A stretch of DNA of 64,000 nt from Chiloscyllium plagiosum. Its lineage: Eukaryota. This document shows, in pieces, positions 1 to 13,970 of the stretch. Below the pieces are notes generated by a model that saw only the letters and a program-made list of their open reading frames with translations, ran no database searches and was not told the DNA's origin. Every line of letters begins with the position of its first letter. Position 1 is the first letter of the stretch. The position numbers and the translations under genes were made by a program. The stretch covers positions 63,172,467-63,236,466 of the forward strand of contig NC_057726.1 in the NCBI RefSeq assembly GCF_004010195.1, given 5' to 3'.

Positions 1-2209
1 CACCCCCCCCACTTCCCCCTCATCCCCAACACCCCACTACTCCCTGTCCTCTTCCCTCCCACCCCTCTTGCCAACCCTGCTGTGCCTCCACTACTGGCAG
101 TAAGGGTGAATGTTATCTTTTACAGTACATAACATTGTACTGAAAGAGAGAGGAGTCCTATCCAGCGTGGGGATGTCCTGTTGCTGAACTCATTACTGTG
201 GCTACTGGGATCATTCACACTGAGTCACTGCTGAAACTTTCTGGGTAATAACTGTTCCTCAGGTCACACAGGTAGACCTTAGTTTTCCTTTGCTTTTTAG
301 CAAACTCCAAGACAATGTTGGAATCTGTTCAACAGCACACACACGCACGTGGTTACTCTGGTTCAGTTGCTAGTTGCATTGTTCAGTGCCACACACAGTT
401 TACCAGAGGTCAGGGGTTCAGTTCCTTGATCTGTGCTGAGGCACTGCATCTCTGTTCGGACAGTGGTGAAGTAGCTGCTTCTATCACTGATCAGGGTGTC
501 CTGTGAGAGAGGACACGTGGAAGAGATCTCATTCAGACATGCATGTCTAAAACGCTGCTCACCCCATCAACCAGCTTGCTGAAAGTCTGGACTGACAGAT
601 AACAATTACTACCTTGTGTTAACTTTGCATAGGGTGGCTGTGGCAAAAGACAGATCTTGGGGACAGCTCAGGAAAATGGTGGGAGGAGAACCCCATTGTC
701 AGCAGAACGTTCCCATGGTTGTTATCTTGGAGAAGATATGAATCTGTTAAGGCCTTCTTGATTTAGACTGCTGTTCGACTGTCCCTGGTCACTTAGTTAA
801 AGACACTGTGACTGGGCCAGTCCAGTGCCACCTGTGACCTCTTGTCCTCTTCTTGGGCCTGGATTTTGGTTGTGGGTTTGTGGTTTTGGCCAGTCAGAGC
901 TTCACTTGCTGCTGTGAGGCTGCCAGTGTGGTGCTGTGATCCTTCGATTCCTAGGCTGCCCTGTCAGCATCTAATTGTGCTCTGATTCCCCTCAGTTCAA
1001 TAACCCATCTCGCACCATCCCATTGGGGTGAATGACATTCCATTTTTAGAAGTAGGGAAACAGGTCAGTGGGGTATGTGGAAGGATTCTGTTCTGAAGGT
1101 GATGGAGTGACAAAATGGCATGGCTACATCGAGGGAGAACATTGCTCGTGGACAGAGTGTAGCTGATTGGGGATTTCCCCTGTCAATCATTCCTGGAGGC
1201 TGGGGTGGATGGAGACTTTGTTGAGTTTTGGTCGTCAGTTTGGAGAATCTGTCAATATAAAGCCCCAGGTTCCACCCCCACCTCTATCTTCCTGGGTGTC
1301 TCACTGGTGTCACAAAGCTCTTGTTACTGACAGCCTCTCTGTGTCATCCTCAGTAAGACATATTTGTATAGATTTCAGCTGTTAAATGTAGGTAGGTTGG
1401 CACTGTGTGCCCCCTCTGGAATACTAAAGGAAGCAGCCATATCTCCACGTCCTCTCTACTGAGCAGTGGAACATTACAGATGTAACTCGTGCTCTGTTGC
1501 AGTCCTCCCTCCAGCGAGGAAGCTTTGTTCCATTCATAATGTCCCAACAGGAAGTGAAAATGGCCTTGTGGGGTCAAAGGTGAAGGAGTATTAAGGGGTG
1601 TCATGGGTTCACAGGACGCAGAATAGCTCAATCCATTCATGATATCCTGAGCATTCCTTCACCTTTGACCCTTAGAATCCATTGTAACTCCTGTTAACAT
1701 CCTGAACCCCTTAATTAAAGGTGAATTATCTGCAGTGTAGGATTTCTGTAATTGCTTCAGCACGGCATTTTTTTCTTTGCAGAGGTGGAATTTCTTTGAG
1801 TAAGCTGCTTATTGATGTCCGATCTCCCTGCTATGTTTACTTCCTGTTCCCTCCCATGTGGCTCTCTGTGGCTGGCGCAACCCCTGAATGAGGTAGCGGA
1901 AAATTCTTGCCTGCTCACAGCCTTTTGCTCAACAGTACAGTATGGCAGTTTGTTCAGCAGTTTATATTTCCTGATATCGTTTTCTGATTGACGATCGGGT
2001 TAGGGCTCAGTGGGTATCCACCTATCCATCATGATTTTGCAGCACAATACATGTTGATTATGTGAGGATATGTAGAAGGACTCTCTCTCCTCTCTCTGAC
2101 TTGCCATAAGATTCTTATATGTTCAAGAACAAGGGCTGAAGTTTTGGGCACACATGAGAGTGAACTAGTACGTGGCTGAATGTAGGCAGGAATCTTGGGT
2201 GATTTGGAG

Positions 2210-3030
2210 TCAGAGTCATAAGACACAGAAATAGATCCTTCAGTCCAACTCGCCCACGCTGACCAGACATCCCAATCTGACTTCGTCCCATTTGCTAGCA
2301 TTTGGCCCACATCCTTCTAAACCTTTCCTAATCAGATGCCTATTTGATCACAGAGTTGTACAGCATGAAGACAGACCCTTCTGTCCAAATTAATCTCGTC
2401 CCATTTGGCTGATGTCCCTCTTAAACCCTTCCTGTTCGTATACCCATCCAGATGCCTTTTAAATGTTGTAATTGTACCAGCCTCCATCACTTCCTCTGAC
2501 AGTTCATTCCATACATGCACCACTGTCTGCGTGAAAAGGTTGCCCCTTAGGTCCCTTTTAAATCTTCCCTCTCTCACATTAAACTATTCACTTTAGTTGT
2601 GAGCTCTCCTATCCTGAGGAAAAGACCTTGGTTATTCACCTTATCCATGTCCCTCATGATTTTATAAACTTTAATAAGATCATCCAATGTTTCAGGGAAA
2701 ACAGCCCAGCCTATTCAGCCTCTCCCTCTAGATCAAATCCTACACCCCGGCAACATCCTTGTAAATCTTTTCTGAACCCATTCAAGTTTCACAACATCTT
2801 TCCTACAGGAGGGATACCAGAATTGAATGCAGTATTCCAAAAGTGTCCTAACAAATGTCCTGTACAGCTGCAATATGACCTCCCAAACCCTATATTCACT
2901 GCACTGGCGAATAAAGGCAAGCAAATCAAATGCCTTCTTCACTGTCCTGTCTACCTTTTGACTACTTTCAAGGAATTATGAACCTGCACCCCAAGCTCTC
3001 TATGTTTGGCAACACTCCCCAGGACTTTAT
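2210..3030 (-). mobile_element. CR1/HER1 LINE 3' fragment (two stacked 3' ends)
   Basis: ORFs 2733..2942 (LLEYCIQFWYP..KLEWVQKRFTRMLPG) and 2332..2577 (FFTQ-like/VVHVWNEL..FKRHLD) match the CR1 ORF2 C-terminus; the 3' tail occurs twice (about 2210 and 2350). Confidence 0.88.
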
Positions 3031-3699
3031 CATTAAGACAATTGTCTTCTCTTTCTAGCCCAAGATGCAGGTTACGACTGTGGCAGTTTTCTGATCAAAG
3101 TACCTGCAAACCTGTGATTGTTGCTAAAATCCTATCTATTTCGTTAATGTCCTTGGGGGAGAGCAGACCACTCCTTGCGTGGACAAGGCAGTGTGCAATA
3201 TGGAAGTGGGTGAGCAGTGTCGGAGCTGTCAGCTGCCTTAGTCCTCACCGTTTTCCAGTACTTTTACTCCAGTTCCTCCCCACAACCAGCACAGCTCTGA
3301 TAATGTATCTCATAGGAGTGCAGATGGGATGCCTTAAAAATCTTCCATTGATAATCCTGGTTGGTGGATTTTGCCTGAGCAGGCTGCTCCATTCTGGAGC
3401 GACGTTGAAAATCTTGGCACTTGCAGTTCCAGGCCAGCATTGTTCTGCCCTCCATGTGCAGTTTTGTGCTGTGAGCTTTTCCCTTGATCATAATGCTGCT
3501 GACACTGTCAGGCATGAGGATTGGCTACCTGAGTCAGAGGGGAGCACAGAGACCATCTGGTGATCTGTGCTGTCTGAATCTTTCAAGTTTTACTTACTTA
3601 TTGTGCCCAATAACATCTGTTTTATAAAACTTCTTGGTGCACAAACTCAGAACCCCATTTCCTTCTGTTGTCCAGACTCATTTGGGGTAATTTGTTTTA

Positions 3700-5450
3700 T
3701 CATATTTGTTGATGGGATGTGGGTGTCACTGGCTCTGCCAGTGATTATTGTCCTAGAGAAGGTGGTGGTGAGCTGCCACCTTAAACTGCTACCATCGGGG
3801 CACCCGCAATCTCGTTAAAAAGAGAGTTCCAGGATTTTGGCCCAATGATGATGAAGGAACAGTGATTTTCCAAAACAGGATAGCATACATCTTGAGGGAA
3901 GCTTGAAGATTGTGGTGTTCCTTTGTGTCAGCTGCTCTCTCTTTTCTAAGTGTAAGAGATCACAGGTTTGAAAAGTGCAGTTGGAGGAGGCTTGGTGAGT
4001 TACTGCAGTGCAGCTTGTGAATGGTACACCCTGCTGGGACTATACATTGTTAGTGAAGGGGATGAATTTTGAAGATGGTGGTTTGGGTGTCAGACAACTG
4101 GATATATTATTGTCTTGAAGGATATCTGGCTCCTTGAGTTTTGTTGGAGCTGCAATCATCTAAGAAAAGTGAAGAGTATTATCACAGTCCTGAATAGTGT
4201 TTTGTAAGTGGTGGACAGGCACTGGGGGGAATATTCACTTAGGTGAGTTAGTTGCTGACACTAACCTGCATTGTGTTTATCTGGCTGCTTCAGTTCAATT
4301 TCTGATCAGTAGAAACACCCAGGATTAGGGTCAGTGGGAATAATGGATTCAATGATGGTAATGCCATTGAATATCAAGGGGCAGCAATCCATTTTTCTTT
4401 ATTGGAAATGGTCATTGCTTGATGCTGTCTGGCATGACTGTTACTTGCCACTTAGCAGCCCAGGCCTGAATGTTGTCCAGGTTTGAGAAGTATGTGGATA
4501 CAGATTGCTTCAGTATCTGAGGTGTCACAAACGGTGCTGAACATTGTGCCATCATTTTTGAACATCCCTTCATCATGGAGGTCAGAAGTGAGGTCACAGA
4601 AACAACTGAATATGGTTAGACCAGGGACACTACCTAAGCAACTCCTGCAGTGATGTCCTTTGGCTAAGCCAACCATAGCTATCTTGCTTTGTGCAAGGTG
4701 TGTCTCCAACCAGTGAGATTCCCTCTGATTCCCATTGTCTCCAGTCTTACTAGACCTCCTTGATACCACACTCTATCAAATGCTGCCTTGATGTCAAAGG
4801 TGATTTCAAAAGTGGAGCGGTGCTCAGTGGTTAGCACTGTTGCCTCACAGCGCCAGGGACTTGGGTTCGATTCCAGCCTCGGGCGACTGTCTGTGTGGAG
4901 TTTCCACACTCTCCCCGTGTCTGCATGGGTTTCCTCCCACAACCCAAAGATGTGCAGGTTAGGTAAATTGGCCATGCTAAATTGTCCTTAGTGTCCAGGG
5001 ATGTGTAGGTTAGGTGCATTAATCAGGGGTAAATATAGGATAATAAGGTAATGGACCAGGTTAGGGTGGGTTACTCTTTGGAAGATCGGTGTGGACTTGA
5101 TGGGCCGAAGGGCCTGTTCCCACACTGTAGGGATTCTATATGATTGTGATTACTCTCTCCTCCCCTCGAGTTTAGCTCTTTCACTCTTTTGCTCATGTTT
5201 GCTGATGTGAGGTCAGGAACTGAATGACCTTGGTGGAACTCAAACTGAGCATCAGTGAGCAGGTTATTTCTTTGTAAGTGCTATTTAATAACATCTTTGA
5301 CTCCTTCCTTCACTCTGATAATCAATAGTAGATTGCTATAACAGTGATCGGCCAGGTTGGATTTGTCCTGCTTGTTTTTTCTAAGCAAGACATACCTGGC
5401 AATTTTCTATATTGTTGGCTAGTTGCTGGTATTGTAACTACCTTTTAGCT
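3700..5450 (-). mobile_element. L2/CR1-clade LINE fragment interrupted by an HE1 SINE
   Basis: Minus-strand peptides FDIKAAFDRVWYQG and LDNIQAWAAKWQVT are typical RT motifs; same family at about 22215-22580, 27720-27890, 37560-37870, 40660-41050 and 43020-44520. Confidence 0.75.
4816..5150 (+). mobile_element. HE1-type tRNA-derived V-SINE
   Basis: A/B-box head (cagtggttagcac...gggttcgattcc), V-domain ctgtgtggagttt..ttctccccgtgtctgc, LINE-like tail gggccgaagggcctgtt. Confidence 0.9.
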
Positions 5451-6147
5451 TTTGATGAAGCTCTGTCCCAGAGGCCTGCGCTATAGGTGCTCTTGTGCAA
5501 TACTGCCAGAGGTTGCCATCCCTTAGGTGAGTTTTGGACCCAAAACCTTGCCTATCTTTGTTAGTCATTTGAGCGGATGTGTGAGACTCTTGCTCAGTAT
5601 ACCAAGATAAATCGTTTGGAATTCCTCCCTATACTAGCAAATTGACTAACCACTCACTGGCTGTCTTTTCTCTGCTTGCAAAATGATGCCTACATAAGTA
5701 ACTCCACTCCAAAAATCATCACTTATATATAAGTATGATATTCTAAAAGAGAGAGAGAGATTCTATTCAAAACAGTAATTTGTTATGACATAGAGACCAG
5801 TGTTTCGGCAGAGAGTCTCATTTCTCTTCTGATGTGCTTTCATTAGGTGAAGTTTTAATGCATATAGTTACTGGATGGAGATCTGCTGTGGTAGTGATTC
5901 ATTCCTTGCTAAAGAGATTGTTGTCAACCTGTTCCGTTTGACTGTGGAAATAAATAGCCAGCGATCTGGCCCTGTTGCCGACTGCTGTAACATCTGAGCT
6001 AGGATAGGTTGTTCTTTTGCTTCAGAAGGTAGTGGGGGACAAGGCAGAAAACTAAGGATCTTGTGGTTCTTTTACAAGAAGAATTTTCCATTGGGATACT
6101 CCAGCAATGTGCCCAGTAGAAATTTTAGCCTTGCATGAGAGGTGGAC

Positions 6148-6390
6148 ATCACTGGCCATTTAAGGGTGTAGTTAAGAATCAACTATATTTTGCATCTAGG
6201 CCAGAAAAGATGAAGACAGCAGATTTCGTCCCCCTAATAAAAATGCGTGATTTTTTTGTGTCAGTGGATAATAGTTTCATCATCACCGTGACCGAGAATG
6301 GCTTTCAACTCCAGATTTATCAATTGAATTTTTGAGCACAAGTCCCCAGACCTTCTGGTTAAATAATCCAGTGACATGAACCCCATTGTT
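6148..6390 (-). mobile_element. tRNA-derived SINE with L2-like tail (second shark SINE family), degraded
   Basis: Similar to better copies at 47775-48105 and 57070-57515 (gttaagag.caac.acattgc, ttccctaaagga, ctggatta). Confidence 0.55.
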
Positions 6391-6457
6391 GGCAGTGCCA
6401 TATTTTTTAAAGGTAGCCATGATGTGGAGGAGCCAGTGTTAGACTGGGGTGGACAAA

Positions 6458-6623
6458 GTTAAAACTCACACAACACCAGGTTATAGTCCAGCAGGTTTAT
6501 TGGGAAGCACAAGCTTTCGGAGCGCTGAGCCTTCATCAGCTACCTGATGAAGGAGCAGCACTCCATAAGCTATTACTTACCAATAAACCTGTTGGACTAT
6601 AACCTGGTGTTGTGAGTTTTAAC
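6458..6623. mobile_element. Palindromic pair of short hammerhead-containing Penelope-derived repeats (family B)
   Basis: Two ~80-bp inverted arms around ctac; ctgatgaagg on both strands (6530-6539 minus, 6544-6553 plus). Confidence 0.8.
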
Positions 6624-7049
6624 CTACAAAGTATTTTTAAAAAAGGAAAGGAAGATTCAAATTGCAAAAGCTGAAATTAAAGTGACTTTTCACCTGCTTT
6701 GGGAGCAGAGTTCAAACCCAGCCATTTGCTGGGAAGGTGATTCTTTCTGTGTAGTGACAGGCTGCTATTTATAAAAAAAAGTCTCTATCCTGTTTTAGTG
6801 CTGGCTAGGAAGACCTCAGTAGAAGTATCATTCCCAGTGTGAGGACTCACTGAGTTGAAATCCTACTCTGCCAGCATCTTCCCCTGAAAGGGGTTCCTTG
6901 TACTTGGCACATTGCTAGGTGGTCCAGAAGTAACCTGTCAAATCTTCAGGATGCAGGGAATGGGGAGCAGTCTGTGAAGAGCCAAATACCAAAGGGCTAG
7001 GGAAGCCAAATGTTGAATGCCACGCCTCTAGGGATGGTGCCCCGCTGAG

Positions 7050-7790
7050 GGGGATAAATCAGACAGGAAGAATTTATTTAAAAAGGAGCAGACCGAAGAT
7101 TTCAGTGCCTCAGAGTAGCAGAGGGATCTGGCTGTCCTTGTGCATGAATTGTAAAGGGTTAGTTTGCAGGTACAGCAAAGCTAATCAATGCTTTCGCTTA
7201 TAGAAAAGGGAATTGAATCGAAAAGCAGAGAAATCACTTAGAAAGGGTAAGACAATATCAGTAAAACTGCTCACTTATTGAAGGATGGATGGAAAGGTGC
7301 TGGCAGCAGTTCAAGAAAGATTTACCAGACCAATACCAAGAATGTACAGGTTGCTTCCTGAGGAAAGGTTGGACAGATGAGGTTTATTATATCCACCGGA
7401 GTTTAGAAGTATCAGGGGTGAATTGATTGAAACTTAGACCATCCTGTGGGATCTTGACAGGATGAACATGGAAAGGATGTTTCCTCTTGTAGCAGTAGAA
7501 TCTAGAACCAAGGCTCACTGTTTCAATATAAGGGGTCTCCCATTTCAGACAGATGAGTTCTTTTTCCTGAGGTGAGTCTTTGGAGTTCTCTTCCTTAAAA
7601 TGCAGTGGAAGCCGAACCCTTGAATATTTTTGTGTCCAAAATATTGATAAGCAGTGGGTAGGGTGAGGGGGAGGGGTGAAATGTTATCAGAAACCTGTGG
7701 GAAATGTGGAGTAATCAGATCAGCCACGATCTTATTGAATCGCAGACCAGGCTCTGGGCCAAGTGGTCTTCTCCAACTTTTAATTTGTAT
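7050..7790 (+). mobile_element. CR1 LINE 3' fragment, degraded
   Basis: gagggatctggctgtccttgtgcatgaa; aggttggacag; gaatctagaaccaaggctcactgtttc; 3' tail cagatcagccacgatcttattgaat. Confidence 0.7.
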
Positions 7791-10479
7791 GGTGCAGTGC
7801 AGGCACTGCTTTAAAAATGCTTCCTATTCCGCAGAAAGAAAGAGCCATTACTTTGTGTGGAGGCAGTGTGGAAAATCCGACACCGGGCCTAAATATAAAG
7901 CGCTGTCTTTTGACAGCGAACTAACACAGTTCATTGGGAAGTTTGTATTTTTGAATGTTAATTTCACAGTACACTGGAATCCCTGTTGTAACTAGCTCCC
8001 AGACATGCATACCTGGGCCATGTTATAGGTGAGACCACATTTTCAAAGCCGATGCTTGATCCAGCTATGATTCCATCAGAATCAATAATGTGTGTACCTC
8101 CCAACAGTTTCCAGGCCACAGCCTCCAAAATAATTGAATAAAGTAAGTACTTTGTAAAATCAGCCAAAGAATTAAATAGCTGATTTTTTAATGTTGCTTT
8201 TAAAGTGCGTGACTGTGTTTGTAATCTTTGCAGACTGGAGGATTTTGTGTCAAAAATGGGCCTGTGATACAAAGGTCTGCATTACACCATGTTACAGCAG
8301 TGCCTTACACTCAAGTAACAGGTGATGTACTTACTGTCAAGTGGACAAAGCTATACTGACTATGATACAAGACAAACCCAGACGTCCCTCAAAGTTTCAG
8401 CATGTTATGACAACGTGCTGGATTCTGAGGAGGAGGCGCTGGAGCCCCAGGGAGATAACACTGGAACGACTGGGCCCTGGGGATGGGCCTGTTGCTGGAG
8501 GGGCCTGGACCCATGGTGGGGGGCTAGGAGTGTAGGGTATCAGGTGAGGGATTTATCTGGACAAGGTCTGCTGAGAAGGAAGGGGTACTGGAGGAAGGAG
8601 ATGGTGGCCCGAACATGATGGCATTGGGCTATCAGGTATGAGGCTGAAGCTGGTCATCTGGTAAAAGCACAGCAGCTGGCAGAATTTAAATTCAATGAAT
8701 AACTCTAGAATTGAAAAAGTAGTCTGTCATGGTGATAATGAAACTATCATCAACTGTTGTAACTATCCAGACCAGACCAGTTGACATTAATATTTGGAAA
8801 GGAGGTGTGAACTCTTTTGGAACCGACATTGTTTTGTGAGCCAGTCCTCCTGGTTAGAGCAGATCCTTTTGTATTCTGCAGTCCTTTTCACTGACATTTG
8901 GGAGCAGTGACCAATCTCTGTGGTTGTGTGTATGTGTGGACAGATGATGCCAGTGAGAGGTCTGTATTTGTGAACATAAAAGCACGGAAGGCCCCTTTGC
9001 CTGTCTGGTGTCCACATGCATTCAGCAGGCATTGCTGCCAGTTACATTGAGATTCTGCCTGAGGCAGAGCAGCTGACATTGAGGTCGACTTTAGCTCCCC
9101 CTGATGTTTCCTCTGAGTTGCAAACAACTAGCTATCTTACCAAGATCAACCTATTTTGGGTGGCTTTCTGCACCAGCAAAATTAAATCGCCCAGCATCTC
9201 CTTCAATGAAAACCACTGGCTGACAGCTAAAGAAGCATTCCCACTGATCCAGAACAGTGCAAAAAAAACTGCACGCCCTGTAACACAAGCTGGATCACAC
9301 TCTGCACCCTACAACCTAATACAGCCTACATCTTCTGATTGACTATAAACGTCATCAGTTGCATCCTGGTATCTGATCAGATCAGTGAAGTCCCAGATTT
9401 TGAACCTCCCATTCAAAATCTGAGTCACCCTCAACCATTTGCGACTTGGGCCCAGTGTAGATGTGACTCGTCGCCCGTACACTGAACTCCTGTCCTGAGA
9501 GATACAGTCCTAATGAGGTTACAACCATTCTCAACTGAACTAGCTGAAGCTGCTCAATGGACATTTCACCTCAACCTTGAGCAACAACTGCTTCCTCAGC
9601 CGGACAAAACTATAGAGGTGCAGTGTGGTGTTGCTTGTCCGATTAAACGCATTGAGTCTCCATCTCAGAAATCTTAAAGCTCCTGAACTGTTTCACAGTT
9701 ACGAGCTTTGCAAAGCACATGGCTTTATTAGTAGAGTTCAAAAAGAAGGAAGTTAAACTGACTGGTTTGGCACCAGTTGAAGTATTCTGGCTAATTCTGG
9801 GCACCACATGTTGGGGAGAATTTCAAGCCCTCGGAAATGCTGCAGAGGAGAGTAATTGATTTCCCACATCTGTGGTATAATTCTAGTAATGTGGGAAGAC
9901 TGTAGAACATGAGATTAAACTTAAAGCAGAAAAGGTTAAAGGGAGATTTCACAGAGATGCCTAAAATTCTGAGGGGTTTTGACAATAAATGAGAAGCAAC
10001 TGTTTCTAATGACAGGAGGGTTGATAGTCAGAGGGGATACAGATTTAAGGTGTAGTTTTAAAAAAAAACTAGAGGGGAGCTAAAAACCAAAAGAATAGCA
10101 GATGCTGTAAATTGGAAACACAAACAGAAATTATGTCTATGGGGAAAGGCCAGTAGAATGTGACTTGTAGAATGGCTCCTTGATAGAGCTGACAGAGATA
10201 CAATTGGCTGAATGGCTTCTTATGTGCTTCAGTTTGATTCTGCAGCTTGGTCTGAATGTGAAGTAGAGAATAAACATGAAGAGCACAGTGATTCCCTGCT
10301 TATGCTGTTGTTTCAGTAGAGTCATGTGGTCAGCTTTTGAGGGCGAGAATGTTATGGAAAATGTGGTGCCCCAGGGTAGGGGAGAAGGCTTCAGCTAACT
10401 TGCACTCCTGGAATTAAAGGAGGTGAATGTTTCCTTGATAGAGCAGTCAGTGACTGCACCATGTCATGTCACGTTGAGA

Positions 10480-10640
10480 TGAATGAGCTTGCATTTATGT
10501 ACCACCTTTTACATGGTCTCAGGACATCCCAAAACACTCTACCAACCGGTCAAGTGCTTCTGAAGTGTGGTTACTGTTGTAATTTAGGAAACTTGGCGAC
10601 TAATTGATGTCCAACAAGCTTTCTCAGTCAACAATCTTGT
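10480..10640 (-). mobile_element. SacSINE1-like DeuSINE 3' part
   Basis: cttgcatttatgtaccacc..tctcaggacatcccaaa..gaagtgtggttactgttgtaatttaggaaac is the reverse complement of the DeuSINE tail. Confidence 0.6.
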
Positions 10641-11149
10641 CAACATACTAGAGGAACGGATGGATGGTAGAGGTCCGACCCATCCTAGAGGCTGATGGAG
10701 CTGGTGTGTTTCTCCTTCTGTCTGCCATTTTGAGACATCCGTCTGCCATTTAGTGCCTGGTCTCCTGTCGCACCAGCCTGTCAGTCTGCAGCAGCCTTCT
10801 GTTAACTCCGATGAAGCCTGTGAATATTGCGGCAGGAGCAGTGAAAGAGGCTTACACTCATTTCACTCCTTTTTTGACCCAGATGGTGTCTGGGATTTTC
10901 CCCAAGCAGTGGAGTCAAGTCGCTTTCTGCTTTCTTCGCTGTTTTGTTTCTTGTCAGTTTCTGATGCTTATTTGAGCTTCTGTTTTGGCAGGTGGGTGGG
11001 GATTTACAGCAGGTGTTTTCCATCCACTGTAAAATCATTTGGAGCAAATACAGTTATGTCAAGAGCCCCCAGTTCACCAGAGCTCCTTGTCAACTTCCCA
11101 GTTCTTTGTTTAGTTCAGAACTACTTACACACAGCAAACAATATGCTAT

Positions 11150-13970
11150 CTACCAGGTACATAAGACTGTAAAAAATAGGAGCAGGAGTAGGCCATTCAG
11201 CCCCTTGACCCTGCCCTACCTTTAACAAGGGTCATGGCCGATCCAACATTCCTCATGTCCACTTTCCTACTTTTTCCCCATAACCCTTGATTCCCCGACT
11301 CAAGAACATATCTATCTCAGCGTCAAATATACACGAGGACTCTGCCCCCCACGGCTCTGGGTGCAAGCAGTTCCAAAGACACTCAACCCTCTGAGTGAAG
11401 AAATTACTCCTCATGAGTCTTAAATTGGTGCCCCTTTATTCTGAGACTGTGCTTTTGGGTCCTAGACACTCCCATGAGAGGGAAACACCCTCTCATCATT
11501 GACCCTGTCAAGTCCCTTAAGAATCCTAGAGGTTTCAGTGAGATTGTTGTCTTCTAAACTACAGTGAGTAGAGTCTCAATCTGTTTCGTCTTTGATCATA
11601 AGACAATCCCTCCGTACCTGGAATCATTTTAGTGAACCTTTCCTGAACTGTCACCAGTGAAATGGTAGCTTTTAAAAGGACCAAAACTGCTCAGTACTCC
11701 AGATCTGGTCTCACCAGCAGTACAACCTCCCTTCTCTTATATTCCAAACCCTTTGAAATAAGGATCAACAGTCCATTTGCCTTCCAGAGTACCTGCTGCA
11801 CCTGTGTGCTAGCTTTCTGTGCTTTATGTACAAGTCCATTGTGTTGCAGCTTTTTTGCAGTTTTTCTCTGTTTAAATCATACACTGTTCTTTTGTTCTCT
11901 CTTTCAAAATGAACACCTTTGCATTTTTCCACATTATATTCCATTTGCCAACTTTTTGCCCACTTACTTAACCTATCAATATCTCCATGTAAACAGTTTG
12001 AATCCCCCCATCTCAACCCTGCCTGTCCACTTGGTTTTGTGTCATCTGCAAATTTGGCTTCAAGAGTATTTGCTTCCTTTCTCATTAATGTAGGTAAACA
12101 GTTACTGTCCCAACACTGATCCCTGTGGAACCTTACTGCACACGTTGCCAACTGGAAATGGAGCCCCGTATCCCCACTAGCCATTTCCTGCTCATGAGCC
12201 AATTCTGTATCCATGCCAATATATTAACATCGTGGGCTCTTATCTTATGACCTAACCTTTTGTGTGGTACCTTTATTGATTGCTTTCTGGAAGTCCAAAT
12301 ACAACACATCTACTGGTTCCCCTCTATCCACTCTGGTTGAGACGTCTTAAAAAAACTGATGTATTAGTCAGAATCCCCCTTTCATGAAGCCATGCTGACT
12401 CTGCGAGATTGAAATAAGATTTTCCAAATGTTCTGCTATTACTTCCTTGATATTTGATCCCACTACCTTTCCAACAATAGATGTTAGGCTAATCAGTCTG
12501 TAGTTATCTGCATTTTCTCAATCTTCCCCCTCCAACTTTTTTGAATAGGAGTGGCACATTAGCAGTTTTCTAATGCTCCGATAATTCTCCAGGATCCAAG
12601 GATTTTTTGGAAAGATACAGTCGATGCATCCACTACCTCTCTAGCTACCTTATTAAGGATCCTCAGATACAACCCAACAGGGCCGGAGGCTTATCTGCCT
12701 TTAGGCCCCATTAGTTTGTCTAATACTACTTCTCTCGTGATGGTGATCGTACTTTATACCTCCCCTGTATTCTTTAGTATTAATAGAACGTTCAGAGTAT
12801 CTTCCAACATAATGACTGATGCATTAATTCCTGCCATTTCCTAGTTCCCCGAAGCTGCCTGTCCAGATTCATTTCCTAAGGAGCCCACGTTCACTTTGAC
12901 ACCTCTCTTCGTTTTTATATTCAAATAAATGCTTATTGTCAGTTTTTATATTCTTTGTTAGTTTGCTTTCATCATTTATGTTCTGTCTCTGTTATCATTT
13001 TAATCCTCAATTGCTGTATTCTCAATTTATTTAAGTATCCAGGGCTGTCACTGACTTTGACCTCCTTGGATGCTTTCCCTTTCAACTTTTAACTTCTCTG
13101 ATTAGCAATTGTTGGTTTAACCCTCTCTTAGAACCTTTCCTCCTTACTGGGATGTATTTTTGCTGAGCGTCAGGAAACACCTTCTTAAATGTCTGCTACT
13201 GGTTGCCTGCTGTTAATCCTGCTATTCTATCCACCCATTTCACTTCAGCCAACTCCATTATTATTTTATTGTAATTCATCTTATTTAAGTTCAACAGTTG
13301 TTTCCAAACCAAGTTTCTCACTCTCAAACTGAATATTAAATTCCATCGTGTTATGATTACTGCATCCTAGGATATCTTTTATTCTAAGGTCGTTTATTAA
13401 ACTTACCTCATTACCCATTACCGGATCCAAGATAGCCTGCTCCCTGGTTGGCTCCATGACATATTGCTCTTGGAAACTACCCCTGTTGCGGTCTATGAAT
13501 TTGTTGTTTTGGTTGCCCTTTCCAATTTGATTAACCCAATCAACATGAAGATTAAAGTCAGCCATAATCGTAACTTTGTTCTTTCTACATGCTGATGTTA
13601 TTCGTTGATGTATAGGCTTTCCCACAGAGTGGCTACTGCTTGGATCTGTACACTGCTCCTGCCAACATTCTTTCCCTTGCTGTTTTTGCCTCTACATCTT
13701 CTGAGCCTAGGTCATCGCTCACAATGGTCCTCATTTCATTTCTTATCAATACACTACAACATCACCTTTTCCATTCCTCCTTTCTCTTGGAAAGGTGAAA
13801 TGTCCCTGAATGTTAAGTTCCTTGTAACCATGTTTCCCTAATGGCTATGAGATCATATCCATTTACCTCAATTTGCACTGTCAGTCCATCTATCTTATTT
13901 CAAATGCTTCATTCATTAATATACAAAGCCTTTCAGTTTGTTCTGTTATTGAATTTCCCTACACTTTTAC
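11150..13970 (-). mobile_element. Long CR1 LINE ORF2 remnant (APE endonuclease + reverse transcriptase)
   Basis: 13281..13625 has endonuclease motifs (IMADFN, PTREQAILD, CSNHN); 11765..12214 has KFADDTK..DIDRLSKWAKSWQMEYNVEKC; disrupted by frameshifts. Confidence 0.9.

Noticed and set aside
520-1700. Possible retroviral integrase/env remnant on the minus strand (WTGPVTVSLT-like peptide)
   Set aside because: Only one short weak motif and an inconsistent domain order; would need BLASTX support.
3006-3563. 185-aa ORF (also the 195-aa ORF at 36622..37209)
   Set aside because: No recognisable domain, non-ATG start, partly overlaps repeats, no convincing splice context.
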